The translations under genes and the position numbers were made by a program. The notes below the pieces were generated by a model. That model did not search any database and was not told where the DNA came from. It saw nothing but the letters and a program-made list of their open reading frames with translations. From Octopus sinensis (lineage: Eukaryota), in the NCBI RefSeq assembly GCF_006345805.1, contig NC_043014.1, forward strand, positions 15,376,001 through 15,440,000: a DNA stretch of 64,000 nucleotides, read 5' to 3'. Within the stretch, counting starts at the first letter, position 1. Each line of letters starts with the position of its first letter. Of the stretch, positions 36,661 to 51,247 are shown piece after piece.

Positions 36661-36887
36661 ATAGATATAATTATATATATATATATATATATACATATAT
36701 GTATGTTTGCTAAACTTCCAATCTTGAATCTAACATCATATATATATGTGTGTGTGTGTGTATACATATACATATGTGTGTATACATATACATATGTGTG
36801 TGTGTTGTTAAACTTCCAATCTTAAATCTAACATTATATATATATATATACATATACATACGTGTGTGTGCGTGTGTATTTACTATT

Positions 36888-37140
36888 GACTCCGCCCATC
36901 TCTTTCCACGTCAGTTTTAATATTGTTATTACTATTTTCATTGTTATTTTTATTTTCTTATTTTAAACTCCATTTCCAGCTAATATTAGATTTTTTTTCT
37001 TCTTGACTTTTACTATTTTGTTCTCAGCCCCGCCTTCATTCTCCCTGCCGACTCCCGTGACTCCAAAACATCAACCAATAAACCTTGACCTCCAGGAACC
37101 TGCTCACCCAATCATAGCTGTCGTCAGATCAGTCTCTTTC
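36888..37140 (+). promoter_or_regulatory. Candidate RNA Pol II core/proximal promoter
   Basis: GC boxes (36891, 37028), CCACGTCA (36906), two CCAAT boxes 33 bp apart (37075, 37108) and an Inr-like TCAGTC (37129), all in non-repeat sequence. Confidence 0.45.
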
Positions 37141-37379
37141 TCTCTCTCTACTATATCTCCCTGTCTTATTGTGTGTGTCTAGTGCAGTGCGAGGCTAAAA
37201 GGGTAGAGGTGTCATTTTTTTTTCTCTTTCTTGTTTTAGCTTTTTTTTACTTTTGCTTTCTTTTTTTACTTACTGTCTGTTGGAATCTAGGTCATACCAT
37301 GTATACGCAGTCATACAGTCACAAATACGTACACACGCATACACGCACAAATTCACAAAAACTCACACACACAGATAAG
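37131..37379 (+). other. Candidate first exon
   Basis: Runs from the Inr-like site to the AAG|GTAACC donor (alternative ACC|GTGAGT 6 nt later); the ATG at 37299 gives 27 codons in phase 0. Confidence 0.3.
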
Positions 37380-37616
37380 GTAACCGTGAGTGTGTGATGT
37401 GAGTTGTGTGTGTGTGTATGTGCCTCTAAATGTGAGCGTGTGTTGTCTTTAAACATACACATGTGTGTGTGTATACACACACACACATATATTAAGATAT
37501 ACCTATAATATATAATATAATAATATATATATATATACATAATCATATATATAACATATATACTATATATATATATATACATATATATATGTATATAAAT
37601 ATAGCATATATATATA

Positions 37617-38853
37617 TAGCCCGGGCCGACCAATGCCTTGTACGTGGATTTGTAGACGGAAACTGAAAGAAGCCTGTCGTATATATGTATGTGAGTGTGT
37701 GTCTGTGTGTCCCCCTAGCATTGCTTGACAACGATGCTGGTGTGTTTACGTCCCGTCACTTAGCGGTTCGGCAAAAGAGACCGATAGAATAAGTACTGGG
37801 CTTACAAAGAATAAGTCCGGGTCGAGTTGCTCGATTAAAGGCGGTGCTCCAGCATGGCCGCAGTCAAATGACTGAAACAAGTAAAAGAGTAAAAGAGTAA
37901 GAGTAAAGAGTATATATATACTGTGTGTGTGTGTGTGTACGTATATATATACACACACACACATATTATTCTTTTATCTGTTTCAGTCATTGGAGTGGCC
38001 ATACTGGGACACCACCTTGAATTTTAGTCGAACGAATCGACCCTAGTACTTTTTCCTTTTTTTAAGCTTGGTAACTCATTCTATCTGTGTCTTCTGCTGA
38101 ACCGCTACGTTACGGGGAGGTAAACACAACAACACCGGTTGTCAAGCGGTGGTGGGGGAGAAACAGACACAGACACACACATACATATATACCAGAGGCT
38201 TCTTTCAGTTTCCGTCTACGAAATCCAATCACAAGGCTGCGGTCGGCCCGAGGCTATAGCAAAAGACATCCGCCCAAGATGCCACGCAGTGGGACTGAAC
38301 CCGGAACCATGTGGTTGGGAAGCAAGCTTCTTACTACACAGTCACGCCTGCGCCTATGTATACACATGCAGTTATTCCTGCATCTTGGGTCCTGAAGTTC
38401 AAATTCCAACATAGCCTACAGTACGTGGTATACTTATTCTCTTTACTCTTTTACTCTTTTACTTGTTTCAGTCATTTGACTGTGGCCATGCTGGAGCACC
38501 GCCTTTAGTCGAGCAAATCGGCCCCGGGACTTATTCTTTGTAAGCCCAGTACTTATTCTATCGGTCTCTTTTGCCGAACCGCTAAGTGACGGGGACATAA
38601 ACACACCAGCATCGGTTGTCAAGCGATGTTGGGTGAGGGGACAAACACAGACACACAAACATACACACACATATATATATACATATATACGACAGGCTTC
38701 TTTCATTTTCCGTCTACCAAATCCACTCACAAGGCATTGGTCGGCCCGGGGCTATAACAGAAGACACTTGCCCAAGATGCCAGGCAGTGGGACTGAACCC
38801 GGAACCATGTGGTTGGTTAGCAAGCTACTTACCACACAGCCACTCCTGCGCCT
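37617..38853. mobile_element. SINE-A cluster: 37617-37910 (+), 37968-38355 (-), 38440-38853 (-)
   Basis: SINE-A motifs in opposite orientations. Confidence 0.9.
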
Positions 38854-39289
38854 TAAAGGATTTTTTTTAGTTTGCTGTTTGATTTAACAACCCTCACCTT
38901 TTATACTTCGAGTATCTCAAGCAGAGTTCACTCTGTTCGTAAAGAATTCGAGGGTAAGTCTCCGGTTTGCGGATAACTTCCTCCCTGGTTCCAACAGTTT
39001 CGGAAACTCTGAAGACTTATGAGTACTGCTTTCCCTCTTTTCTAAAAGATCACACACAAACATACACTAATCTTAATTTTTTACTTTCTTTTTCTTGTTT
39101 TTGTCATTGGACTGCTGCCATGCTGGAGCAGCGCCCCGAAAGGTTTAGTCGAATAAAGCGATCCCAATTTCTTTTTAAAGCTTCGCACCTATCCTATTGG
39201 TTGTTTCTATCGAAACTCTAATTCACGGTGACGTAAACAAACCAACACTAGTTGTCAAGCGTTGAGAGTAGGACAAACGCTCATACAAT

Positions 39290-39705
39290 TTTAAGGGGTA
39301 GGGGAAGTTGATTATCAATCACAGTGTTCAGCTGGTACTTATTTTATTGACCCCGAAAGGATGAAGGGCAAAGACTACTTTGGCCGAATTTGAACTCTGA
39401 ACGTAAAGGCATGAAATAGACCTGTTTCGTCCGGAGGGGCTGACGATTCTGCCAGTTCGCTGCCATATTCCTATATGTAAATGTTATTTTATAATCCTTC
39501 TTATTTACCATAGGCACGAGGCCTGAATTTTTAGGAGGCCAGTCGATTACATTAACCCCAGTGATCACCTGGTGCTTATTCCATCGATCCCGAGAGGATG
39601 AAAGGCAAGGTCGACCTCAATGGAATTTGAACTCAGAACGTAAAGACGGACGAAAATGCTTAACGGCATTTCGTTCGGCGCGCTAACGATTCTACCAGCT
39701 CGCCT
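39290..39705 (-). mobile_element. Two SINE-B2 copies
   Basis: SINE-B core with the B2 tail. Confidence 0.75.
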
Positions 39706-40241
39706 GTTATAGTCTGCTTCAATCATATGTAAAGAAACAGTAATATCGGAGAAGATTTTTTTTTAATGATAAATAAACCGATTACGACATCTGAGTCAGT
39801 AAAATTTGTTATATCTATACCAGAACCTACTTTATCAACTATGTTTCGAAGAAATGTTTGTCAGACGACAAGGAAATGACGTGATCGTCTGCAGTCGATA
39901 AGCCGGAGGGTGATGGCATCTGGTTGATTTGGTTTAGATAAATTAAATCGAAGAGAAGAAACAATTAAAAGAGAATACATATGAATTAATGCGAATAATG
40001 TTCAATCTAAAGCAGTGGAAATATTTATTTCTTCTTAAATATGTGTCTGAGAAATTGCATGTGTAAAAACAAATGGTGATTTCGGGGGGAAACAAGGGAA
40101 ATTTTTTGGCGTGATGTCTTCAGAAGAGAGGACGGTCAGTTAACGATGAAGGAAACAAAAAGTGAGATAAAAACTATTATTATTTTTATGAAAACCAGGT
40201 CACAGTCAGATATATTTTGCTTCGCTACATATTATTTCACT

Positions 40242-40559
40242 GAAGGCGCGTGGCTTAGAGGTTATGGCATTCGGCTCACGATCACAAGATTGTAAGTTCG
40301 AAAACTGGCGACACGTTGTGTCCTTGAGCAAGACACTTTATTTCACATTGCCCCAGTCCACTCAGCTGGCAAAAGTGAGTAGTGTCTGTATTTCAAAGGA
40401 GCAGTCTTGTCGCGCTCTGCCACGCTGAATCACCCTTAGAATTACATTAAGGGTACGCGTGTCTGTGGAGTGCTCAGTCACTTGACGGTTAATTTCACGA
40501 GCAGGCTGTTCCGTTGATCGGATCAACTGGAACGCTTGTCGTCGTAACCGACGGAATGC
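40242..40559 (+). mobile_element. SINE-C (tRNA-like head, GTGTCCTTGAGCAAGACACTT core, tail shared with SINE-D)
   Basis: Second copy at 57523-57819; fragment at about 52580-52735 (-). Confidence 0.85.
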
Positions 40560-40594
40560 TGGTGTATTACTTCACTAAAACTACAACACGCCAA

Positions 40595-40736
40595 TATCTA
40601 TCTATCTATCTATCTATCATCTATCTATCTATCTATCTGTCTATCTACCTGTCTATCTGTCTATCTATCTATCTATCTATCTACCTGTCTATCTGTCTAT
40701 CTATCATCTATATCTATCTATCTACCTGTCTATCTG

Positions 40737-40768
<32 letters not shown>

Positions 40769-40788
40769 ACTACCTGTCTATCTACCTG

Positions 40789-40852
<64 letters not shown>

Positions 40853-40900
40853 CCTACCTACCTACCTACCTACCTAACCTACCTACCTACCTACCTACCT
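40595..40900. repeat. (TATC)n/(TACC)n microsatellite
   Basis: Direct reading. Confidence 0.95.
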
Positions 40901-41590
40901 AGGTAGCTATGTGCACGCGCGCGCGCATGTGTAATAAAATAAGAGCAATATACTTGAAATGACTTCGCTTGAATGAACAATATGCGATTTCTAAATTGAA
41001 TAACGAAATTATAAACGCGTTCCGCTTTATCAAATGAAACGCGAAGAATGACGAAAGTATATTTTATTAGATAAATTCCTTTAAATACACTTTACCTCCA
41101 GTAATTAGCTATAATCAAGTATTTATCCCTCGAGGAATATTCCACGGGTACGCACCGGCATGTCTGTGTGTTTTCGTTACACACACACACACACATAAAA
41201 TTGTTAATCCCAGGCTTCCAATACAACGCGAACTTCAAACCCATGCCCCAAATTCTTATCTATATTCCCAAGAAACTTTTTGCTGCTATCCGCGAAATAT
41301 GGATATGTTTCTCTTGAGAATATATAAATATTTACAATATTCTATTCCCACGATACATACATACACACATACATATATACATACATACGCACACACATAC
41401 ACACACTACATACATACATACATATACACACATACATACATACATACATACATACATACATACATACATACACACACACACATACACACATACATACTTG
41501 CATACATACATACATACACACACATACACACATACATACATACATACATACTTGCATACATAATACATACATACATACGTACGTACATAC

Positions 41591-41621
<31 letters not shown>

Positions 41622-41638
41622 CATACATACATACATAC

Positions 41639-41789
41639 ATTTGCCAACTAAATGTGGCGGTCCCATAGAAAACTCGCAAATGCTAATCGGACTCAGTGTG
41701 TCAATGGCCAGCAAGAGGAGATGTCTACCTGGGGCTAAAAACAATAGTAACATTGTCCTCTGTGGAACTGCCACATTTAGTTGGTGAAT
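41639..41789. mobile_element. MITE-like element of about 150 bp with TIRs of about 31 bp
   Basis: ATTTGCCAACTAAATGTGGCGGTCCCATAGA versus the reverse complement of TCTGTGGAACTGCCACATTTAGTTGGTGAAT. Confidence 0.7.
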
Positions 41790-42042
41790 ATATTTTACGA
41801 AGCTGTACTGTTACTGTTTACCTCTCGTTCAGAGATTATATATATATCTGCTTCCTTTTCCTGAGCGCCTATTAATAATAATACTGTAATTGTTCCATTG
41901 TTGTTGTTTTTTTGTTTCCCGTTTGGATTAAAATTATATATATATATATATACATATGAAGTAGGTACTGCAAAATTTAGGGTGAATACTTGATAAGTGT
42001 AAGCACCTGTATACGCCAGCTAGTGGCATATATATGCATATA

Positions 42043-42405
42043 TGCGCAGGAGTGGCTGTGTGGTAAGTAGCTTGCTTACCAACCACATGGTTCCGGGTTC
42101 AGTCCCACTGCGTGGCACCTTGGGTAAGTGTCCTCTACTATAGCCTCGGGCCGACCAAAATATTGTGAGTGGATTTGGAAGACGGAAACTGAAAGAAGCC
42201 TGTCGTATATATGTATATATATATATATATATGTCCCCCACCCCCAACATCTGGTGTGTTTACATCCACATAACTTAACGGTTCAGCTAAAGAGACCGAT
42301 AGAATAAGTACTAGGCTTACAAATAATAAGTCCTGGGGTCAGTTTGCTCGACTAAAAGCGGTGCTCCAGCATGGCTGCAGTCAAATGACTGAAACAAGTA
42401 AAAGC
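42043..42405 (+). mobile_element. SINE-A
   Basis: SINE-A motifs. Confidence 0.9.
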
Positions 42406-42476
<71 letters not shown>

Positions 42477-42785
42477 TATATAATATGTATTGATGAACCA
42501 ATTATTGTGCTTCTCCATTTTCTTATTGCAAATATATATATATATAAACTCCTATAAAGTCAATCTGTTGATATTTAGTTTATTCACGGCCCATTGAACT
42601 TTTGAGGCGACCTCTCCGTTCCACGTCAGCTGCTATGATGAACCGCAAATATTTAAATGGTACTAGTATGTATGTATATATGAATGTATGTATGTGTGTG
42701 TGTGTGAGTGCCTGCGCGCGAACATTTACGTATATATGCAGGCATGTATGTATATTTTTATGCGTGCGTGCGTGCATGTGTGTTT

Positions 42786-42867
<82 letters not shown>

Positions 42868-43361
42868 TTATGTTTATATGTAGATACATATAGTCATAAA
42901 TGTATCTATCTATCTATCTATCTATCTAGCTATCTGTGTATGAATTTTAAAAACCTGTACTATTCTGCATGATAAAACATGCGATAATGTTGCCTCTGTA
43001 CACAGACCCCACAAAAAACATATATTGTCTACAGCAGACCCAAAAGTGCTACCCCTGTAAAAGTGCCGCTCGGGGCGAACTGCCCCTATCTACACTAGTG
43101 CGCATAGTGAAACTGAACCCGAGACGTTTGAGGGACTAGCATTTTTATAGCATTATTGCAGCATTATTATAACAGCGAGTTAAAAACTTCAACTGAAATT
43201 ATCCTTGTAATAAGAAGACAAAATTTACGCAAGGTATACTTAATACCCAAATCCATAAAACAAAAAGAAACAACTCCCACAACGTAAGCTAATCCAAATC
43301 TTTGGAAAATAAGGATAATGCAGTTAGGGTTACATCCCACTATCAAAATCAAATTGTGATA

Positions 43362-43404
43362 GCAGCGCAGATGTTTCGACCTTGTTAGATCTCATCAGCG
43401 AAGC
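43362..43404 (-). ncRNA. Hammerhead-like motif with a canonical core; stems I and III decayed
   Basis: CUGAUGA-GAUCU aaca AGGUC-GAAAC-AUC. Confidence 0.55.
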
Positions 43405-43546
43405 ACATCTATTCAGTTGGTAAGGCTTAAAGACATATAAACGGCGCTGGTTGTTCTCATATAATAGAAAAATATTGTCAAGGGAGATATAATTATCCTA
43501 ATGCTCTCTCTCTCTCCCTATTTCTCCCCCTTCTCTCCCTCTCTCC

Positions 43547-43587
<41 letters not shown>

Positions 43588-43594
43588 ATATATA

Positions 43595-43640
<46 letters not shown>

Positions 43641-43654
43641 TGCGCGCGCGCGTG

Positions 43655-44989
43655 TGTGCAGGGTGGCTGTGTGATAAGAAGCTTGCTTCCAAATTATATG
43701 GTTCTGGGTTCAGTCCCGCTGCATGGCACCTAGGGCAAGTGTCTTCTATTATAAGAAGGGCCGACCAAAGCCTTGTGAGTGGATTTGGCAGACGGAAACT
43801 AAAAGAAGCCACTCGTACATACACACACACACACACACACGTCGCTTGACAACCGATGTTGGTGTGTTTAACATTAGCGGTTCGGCAAAAGAGACCGATA
43901 GAACAAGTACCACGCCTACTAAGAATAAGTCCTGGGGTCGATTTCTTCGACTAAAAGACGGTGCTCCATCATGACCACATTCACATGACTGAAACAAATA
44001 AAAGAATAAAAGAAATATATATATATATATGTGTGTGTGTACGCAGGCGTGCGTGTATGTATGTTCTTGACAAGCGCAAAATATGTACACGTGAATTACG
44101 CTTTAGAGGTTTTTTCAGTCATTACACTGCGGCCATGCTGGGGTTCCGCCTCGAAGAATTTAGTCGAACAAATTGACCGCAATACTTATGTTTTGGTTTT
44201 GCTTTTCAGTATGGTACTTCATCTACTGATATTATTTGCCGAACCGCTAAATTACGGGGACGTAAACAAAGCAACACCGGTTAAGTGGTGGAGAGAGGGG
44301 ACAGATACAAGCACACATACATACATACACACACGCACACACACACATACGACGAGCTTCTTCACGATTTCCTACTATGAAACACTCACGAGGTATTGGT
44401 TGGCCCGGGGCTTTGATAAAAGATAAGGTGTTGCATAGCCCAGGGCGGCCCTTCCGTTTGCCTACCCCGGACCCCACAAAAAACATATATTGCCTACAGC
44501 ATACCCAAAAGTGCCGTCCGCGGCGAACTGCCCCAAACCGCTCCCTACTTACGCTAGTGCGCATAGTGAGACTGAACCCGAGACGTTTGAGGGACCGGCA
44601 TTATTATAGCTACAGCTAAACCACACACATGCCGCACCCATTCAATAGCGGTGAATTGTTTACAATACAGATAAACATAACACTGCACATTAAAATTATA
44701 CATGATTCTAAACATATAGGCGTAGGAGTGGCTGTCTCGTAAGTAGCTTGATTACCAACCACATGGCTCCGGGTTTTCTACTATAGCCTCGGGCCTACCA
44801 AAGCCTTGTGAGTGGATTTGGTAGACGGAAACTGAAAGAAACCCATCGTATGTATGTATATGTTGAAGAGCGTAGGCTCGAAACGTTAAAGACTTGTTTT
44901 ATTTATATTTCCTGAGCGCCATACTAATACAATTGTTTGTTTGTTTCCCACCTGCCTTCGTCTTTTGTCTATTTTCATAAAGCTTCCCG

Positions 44990-45050
<61 letters not shown>

Positions 45051-45275
45051 GTGTCTGTGTCTGTTTATGTTTGCGTGTCTGTGTTTGTCCCCCAACATCG
45101 CTTGAATACCGATGGTGTGTTTACGTCCCCGTAACTTAGTGGTTCGGCAAAAGAGACCGATAAAATAAGTACTAGGCTTACAAAGAATAAGTCCTGAGGT
45201 CGATTTGCTCGACTAAATGTGGTGCTCCAGCATGGCCACAGTCAAATGACTGAAACAAGTAAAAGAGTAAAGAGT
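43655..45275. mobile_element. SINE-A cluster: 43655-44012 (+), 44110-44412 (-), 44717-45275 (+)
   Basis: SINE-A motifs. Confidence 0.85.
44861..44990 (+). mobile_element. Hammerhead-element copy (CUGUNGA type), 5'-truncated within the core, inserted in a SINE-A (TA)n tract
   Basis: UGUUGA-A-GAGC guag GCUC-GAAAC-GUUAAAGAC; the tail closely matches the reverse complement of 6180-6275. Confidence 0.7.
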
Positions 45276-45579
45276 ATATACTGTAATACAAAAACCATAT
45301 TCACGAAACACTGACGTGGACAACGGGATAAAAACCGCTTAGTGAGAGATGGGTCGAATACAGTAAGTCAGGGCATATAATATTACAAATGGAGATTCTT
45401 GGGGCTTAATAAAAAATGTTCATAATATTTGAAAGGAAGGTTAATTCTAGTGTTTGTCTATGCTGAGATAAATATTCAACAGGGAAGGGAATGACAAAGT
45501 GTATATTAGAAACTATGAAAATCATTTGTTATAAGAGACAGGGTTGCCTATCGAGATATAAGAGAGGTTGAAAGGATTA

Positions 45580-46165
45580 CTAAACTTTAAAAAATTTATA
45601 GTGCCAAGAAGCTGGTCTTTCGGGAAGTCTGTGAAGAAAGGAGTCTTTAGTAAAGAGTATTTCATAATTCTGTGTGGTACACAGGTCGCATGGTGTCTTG
45701 TATTCAGGCTTTGACTTTACATTCGAGATAACACACCAAATTAAATTTTATATATCAATTTGGGATACTTCGTTTTCTATCTATATTTGAGAACTGAAGT
45801 GATTTGGGAAATGATGACAGATTCTAAACATATAGGCGTAGGAGTGGCTGTGTGGTAAGTAGCTTGATTACCAACCACATAGCTCCGGGTCTTCTACTAT
45901 AGCCTCGGGCCTACCAAAGCCTTGTGAGTGGATTTGGTAGACGGAAACTGAAAGAAACCCGTCGTATGTATATATATATATATGTGTTGTGTGTGTGTGT
46001 GTGTCTATCTATATCCCAAATTGATATAGATAGAAAACGAAGTGGTACTGATGGTGATAGAATTTGGGAACGAGTACGTACGTTGGTCATAGTAAAACTT
46101 GAAAGTGTTTGCCGTGAGGTCAGAGCATGCGTCGGTAGAATTTGTAGTTCGTACTTGACATGTCC
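45580..46165 (-). pseudogene. Decayed Penelope-like element GIY-YIG endonuclease, interrupted at about 45820-46045
   Basis: TCQVRTTNSTDACSDLTANTFKFYYDQRTYSF..STT | LSS.. and LIWCVISN..PCDLCTTQNYEIL..FLHRLPE..WHYKF resemble the PLE pattern GLT..FK.RY..H..SF..T.LS..W..C.LC..EK..IL..LN..E..CRH (recalled, not searched). Confidence 0.65.
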
Positions 46166-46892
46166 TCAGCTAAAAATCTTGATTTAAGGATTAGTATATT
46201 GCTAGGATTAGTATAATTCCAGTTATCATTAGTAGGGATGGTATATGTTTAACTTGGTTACGACAGCTTAGACCGATATACGATAGGCTTCTTTAAGGTT
46301 CCGTCTACCAAATCCACTAACTTTGGTCGACCTGAGGCTATAGTAGAAGACCCTTGCCCAAGGTGCCACACAGTGGGATTGAATCCAGAACCATGTGGTT
46401 GAGAGGCAAGCTTCTTACCACACAGCCACGCCTGCGCCTGTTTGTGTGTGTGTGTGTTTGTGTGTGTGCGTGTGCGCGCGTGTTTGCAAATATATGGATC
46501 GAATCCTTATGAGCCGAGACCAATGTCTACTCCGCTTATATTGTGACGGTGGGTTGTGAGTTGAGGGAATTTGGCCGCTATTTCTAGCGGAGTGACTGAC
46601 CACGTTATAGGCTCTGTCGTTAACTCGTATGAATTATAATTGTTTTATTGGCGGTAGATGTCGATCAGTGACCTATGATATAATACTAATACTTCATCCC
46701 ATGGTGGTGGTTGGTGGTGGTGGTGGTGGTGATGGTGGCGGCGGTGGGAGAGTGTGTTGTTTTGAGGAGGGGGGATATTGCTTTGATGATGTAAGTCAAA
46801 TATCCGGTTGTAAAATCCTCACCTTCCTAGTTTGTCTAAGAGGACATATGAGAACAGCCAGTCCTCCTCAGATCAAAGGAAGATAGCGAGAC

Positions 46893-46959
<67 letters not shown>

Positions 46960-47294
46960 TGATTATTGTTCATTAAACTGTTCGGTTAGCATAAGATATA
47001 ATGACAAATTCTTGTAGGAGTGGATTTTTAGCTCCGTCAAGGCGATATAAGGATGGTGGCTAGAACTTATAACATCGGTTATTAGCCAATGAGTCGCATG
47101 ATAATTGAAGACCACAGAATCTTCGTCTTCCGAAATATATAACGTGTAAAAATGTTTATGAATATGCTTAAACAGCAAGCTTATACAATAAACCACGGGC
47201 ATAATTCATAGACATGATAAAGATCACCACACGCCATTTTCTGCAGATAAAAAACAAAAAGAAAAGAGAAGACGATATTTCTCTAAGTAATGCA

Positions 47295-47746
47295 TCTTTT
47301 ACTTGTTTCAGTCACTGGACTGAGGCCATGCTGGGGAAACCGCCTTCAATGGTTTAGTCGAACAAATTGACCCCAGTGCATATATTTAAGACTGGGTACT
47401 TATTCTGTCGCTCCATTCTGCCGAACTGCTAAATTAGGTGAACGTAAACAAACCAGCATCAGTTGTCACTTGGAGGGGAAGGTACGAGGATACAAAGACG
47501 CATACATACACGCGCGCGCATACGACGGGCTTCTACACAGTTTCCGTATATCCAAATCCACTTACAAGACATTGGTCAGTGCGGTTAAGAAGCTCGCTTT
47601 GCAACCGCGTGGTTTCTGGTTCAGTCCCAATGTGCCTCACTTTGGGCAAGTATCTACTATAGCCCTGACTCGATCAATGCCTTGTGAGTGAATTTGGTAG
47701 ATAGTAACTGTATAGAAGCCCATCGTCTGTGTGTGTGTGTGTGTGT

Positions 47747-47805
<59 letters not shown>

Positions 47806-47880
47806 TTTATGTCCCCTCGTCCACTTCTAATCAGTATTAATTTGTTTACATCCTCGTAACTGAGGGTTTTAGCAACAGGG
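47295..47880. mobile_element. Head-to-head diverged SINE-A pair
   Basis: SINE-A motifs: (-) to about 47580, (+) thereafter. Confidence 0.7.
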
Positions 47881-48279
47881 ACGATACGACAGGAAACATT
47901 GCGGCTAACGGTGGAGCCTCCAACCCTCAATGATCTTTGGCTGGGACTGGCATGAAACAACAATCTTCAGCTTCAGTAGAGTAGAGGGCCCAACTGACAA
48001 TTCTCTAATAGGGCCTCGCATTTCCTGATGCTGCCCCTTATCATAGCATTGAACTAAAGAGAAAGAGGAACAACAATGATGACTCGATGAGACAACGGGA
48101 GACCCTCTAAGTGGTCCTTCTATCTGCTAAAATAACAAATAAACTTCCTTTGTATCAGGGCTACACAATCTTAAAAGAAAAGGGAAGGGTGCGTCTGAAT
48201 AAAAAAAAAAACGATATGGTTATGGGTGGAACGTCTTTGATCTTATGTGTTAGCTTAATCAGGTGTTGAACAAGGGCTT

Positions 48280-49104
48280 CAAATTTTGGTTTAACGCTAG
48301 CAATTTAGGGGAGGGATATGTTCATGACTTCGATTCCAGTTCACAAAGGGTACCTGTTTTATCAACCCTGAAAGGATGAAAGGCAAAGTCGACCATGGCA
48401 GAATTTGAACTCAGAGCATAAAAAAGGACGAAATGCCGCTAAGCATTTTGCCTGGCGTGCTTAACGATTCTTATTTCTTTATTGCCCACAAAGGGCTAAA
48501 CATAGAGAGGACAAACACGGACAGCCAAAGGGATTAAGTCGATTACATCGACCCCAGTGCGTAACTGGTACTTAATTTGTTAATCCCGAAAGGATGAAAA
48601 GCAAAATCAACCTCGGCGGAATTCGAACTCAGAACGTAAAGACAGACGAAATACTGCTAAGCATTTCGACCGGCTTGCTAACGTTTCTTATTTCTTTATT
48701 GCCCACAAGGGGCTAAACATAGAGGGGTCAAACAAGGACAGACAAACGGATTAAGTCGATTACATTGACCCCAGTGAGTAACTGGTACTTAATTTATCGA
48801 CTCCGATAGGATGAAAGACAAAGTCGACCTCGGCGAAATTTGAACTCAGAACGTAACAGTAGACGAAATACCTATTTCTTTATTACCCACAAGGGGCTAA
48901 ACATAGAGGGGACAAACAAGGACAGACATAGGTATTAAGTCGATTACATCGACCCCAGTGCGTAACTGGTGCTTAATTTATCGACCCCGAAAGGATGAAA
49001 GGCAAAGTCGACCTCGGCGGAATTTGAACTCAGAACGTAACGGCAGACGAAATACCGCTAAGCATTTCGCCCGGTGTGCTAACGTTTCTGCCAGCTCGCC
49101 GCCT
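48280..49104 (-). mobile_element. SINE-B tetramer
   Basis: Four head-to-tail units with junctions at about 48470, 48688 and 48872. Confidence 0.9.
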
Positions 49105-49470
49105 TCAGGGGTTAAAGCAAAAACATGCAACAGCAACAACGTTGAAGTGATGAGGGTGAAACTCAACACGGTCGCCTGATTTACGAGAAATATCAATAGT
49201 AGCCAAATCTCCTTCAAATTACAACACTACCGTTAAAAGTGGCATATACAGTGAATCATTATCAAGTGTAGATCCTGGTTTGAGTAAACGGGATAGTCGT
49301 GGCTGGAATGCCTTTGACAACAGGCTCTGTTTGATCTAGGGTTGACCTAGATCTGTACAACTTACGACGACGGAAACTATGTAATAATAATAGTACTGGT
49401 GATGATGGTAGTAGTAATAGTAGTGGTGGTGGTGATGGTGGTGATGGTGGTTGTGGTGGTGGTGGTGGCG

Positions 49471-49501
<31 letters not shown>

Positions 49502-49824
49502 CAGTAGTAGTAGTAGTAGTAGTAGTAGTAAAAACAATCCAAATAAAATATATTACAAAAAGTCAATTTTGCTGCTGCTGCTGCTGCTGCTGATACTACT
49601 ACTATTACTACTAGAATACTTTCTGCACTTACTCACTACCAAGTAAACCCAATCGGCTGTTCAAGCAACTTGGAGTGTAATTTATGTTTCGTCTGTCAAG
49701 TGTTGTTTGAATATGAAGATTGCAGACGACCGAACGCCCGCAAGCAGTTACACGACTTCACCGTCGTTTATCTTGAGTCAGACGAACTTGTAGCCGTAAT
49801 AATAACAGTAATAATATCAGTAAT

Positions 49825-50670
49825 GGTTACAAACTTTTGGCACAAGGCCAGCAATTTCGGGGGAAGGGAGTAAGTCGATTACATTGTTCCCTAGTGAATA
49901 ACTGGTACTTATTTTATCTGATAAGATAAAAGGTAAAAATCGACCTTGGTGGAATTTACTGGTGTCAAATTTTGTTACGAGGCCAGTAATTTCGGGGCAA
50001 GGGGTAAGTCAATTACATCGACTCCTAATGAGTAACTGGTACTTATTACTATTTTTTTTTTACCTTTGGAAAGATGAAAGGCAAAGTTGAACTCAGAACG
50101 TAAAGACGGACGAAATGCCGCTAAACATTTTGTCCGGCGTGCGAACGATTCAGCCAGCTCGCCGCCTCAGTATTGATGATAATGATGATACTAATAACCT
50201 ACGTAGAGCACTTTTAGTACAGTAAAAATAGCAACACGAAAACAAAGGGCCCACAGAGCTGTACTCAGGAGTATAGAAGAACGCAATGATAATAATAATA
50301 ATAATAATAATTATAATAATAATACTTTCTACAATAGGCACAAGGTCAGAAATTTGGTGGGAGAGAACTAATCGATTATATTGGCCCCAGTGTTTCACTG
50401 GTACTTAATTTATCGACTCCGAAAGGATTAAAAGGCAAAGTCGACCTCGGCGGAATTTGAACACAGAACGTAAAGATGGACGAAATGCTGCATTTTCCCC
50501 GTGAACTGGCAGAACCGTGTTAACGGTTCTGCCAGTTCGCCGCCTTAATAATGATGATGATGATGATGATGGCCTACGTAGAGCACTTTTCAGTACAGTA
50601 AGAATAACACGAAAACAAACCACAACACATACCAAGGGCTCACAGAGCTGAGTTCGGTAGTGTGGAAGAA
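49825..50670 (-). mobile_element. SINE-B2 copies within a local tandem duplication
   Basis: CCTACGTAGAGCACTTTT..CACAGAGCTG flank is repeated at about 50198 and 50573, each next to a SINE-B2 head. Confidence 0.7.
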
Positions 50671-50703
50671 TCTACTACTACTACTACTACCACCACCACC
50701 ACC

Positions 50704-50772
<69 letters not shown>

Positions 50773-50809
50773 AATAACAATAATAATAACAATAATAAAA
50801 TAATAACAC

Positions 50810-50845
<36 letters not shown>

Positions 50846-51247
50846 CACAACAGTAATAATAATAGTGGTGATGATGATGATGATGATGATAATGATGTCC
50901 ACGACGGAAAATCTTTAAGAAGTTCCTCCATTAGGCCAAATCAAAACAAACGGAAAAACTGCAATAGTATTTGCCCCAGTTTCATAATTGGGATAATAAA
51001 CTCAGCTGACAGCGAAAACTAGGGAACACAAACAAAGCACATTTAAGGAGAAGGGATGGAAACCTTGGCGACAGTGACAAAGGAATGTCTGTCTGTTAAC
51101 TCGGTACACAACTAAATACCAAGAGAGGATTTTGGTTGAAGAGCTATGATTCCTCTGAGATTTTTTTCCCCCCTCGATGAATGTTACAAACACAACTACC
51201 TGTAGGTACATTGCATATATATATATATATATATATATACATACACG

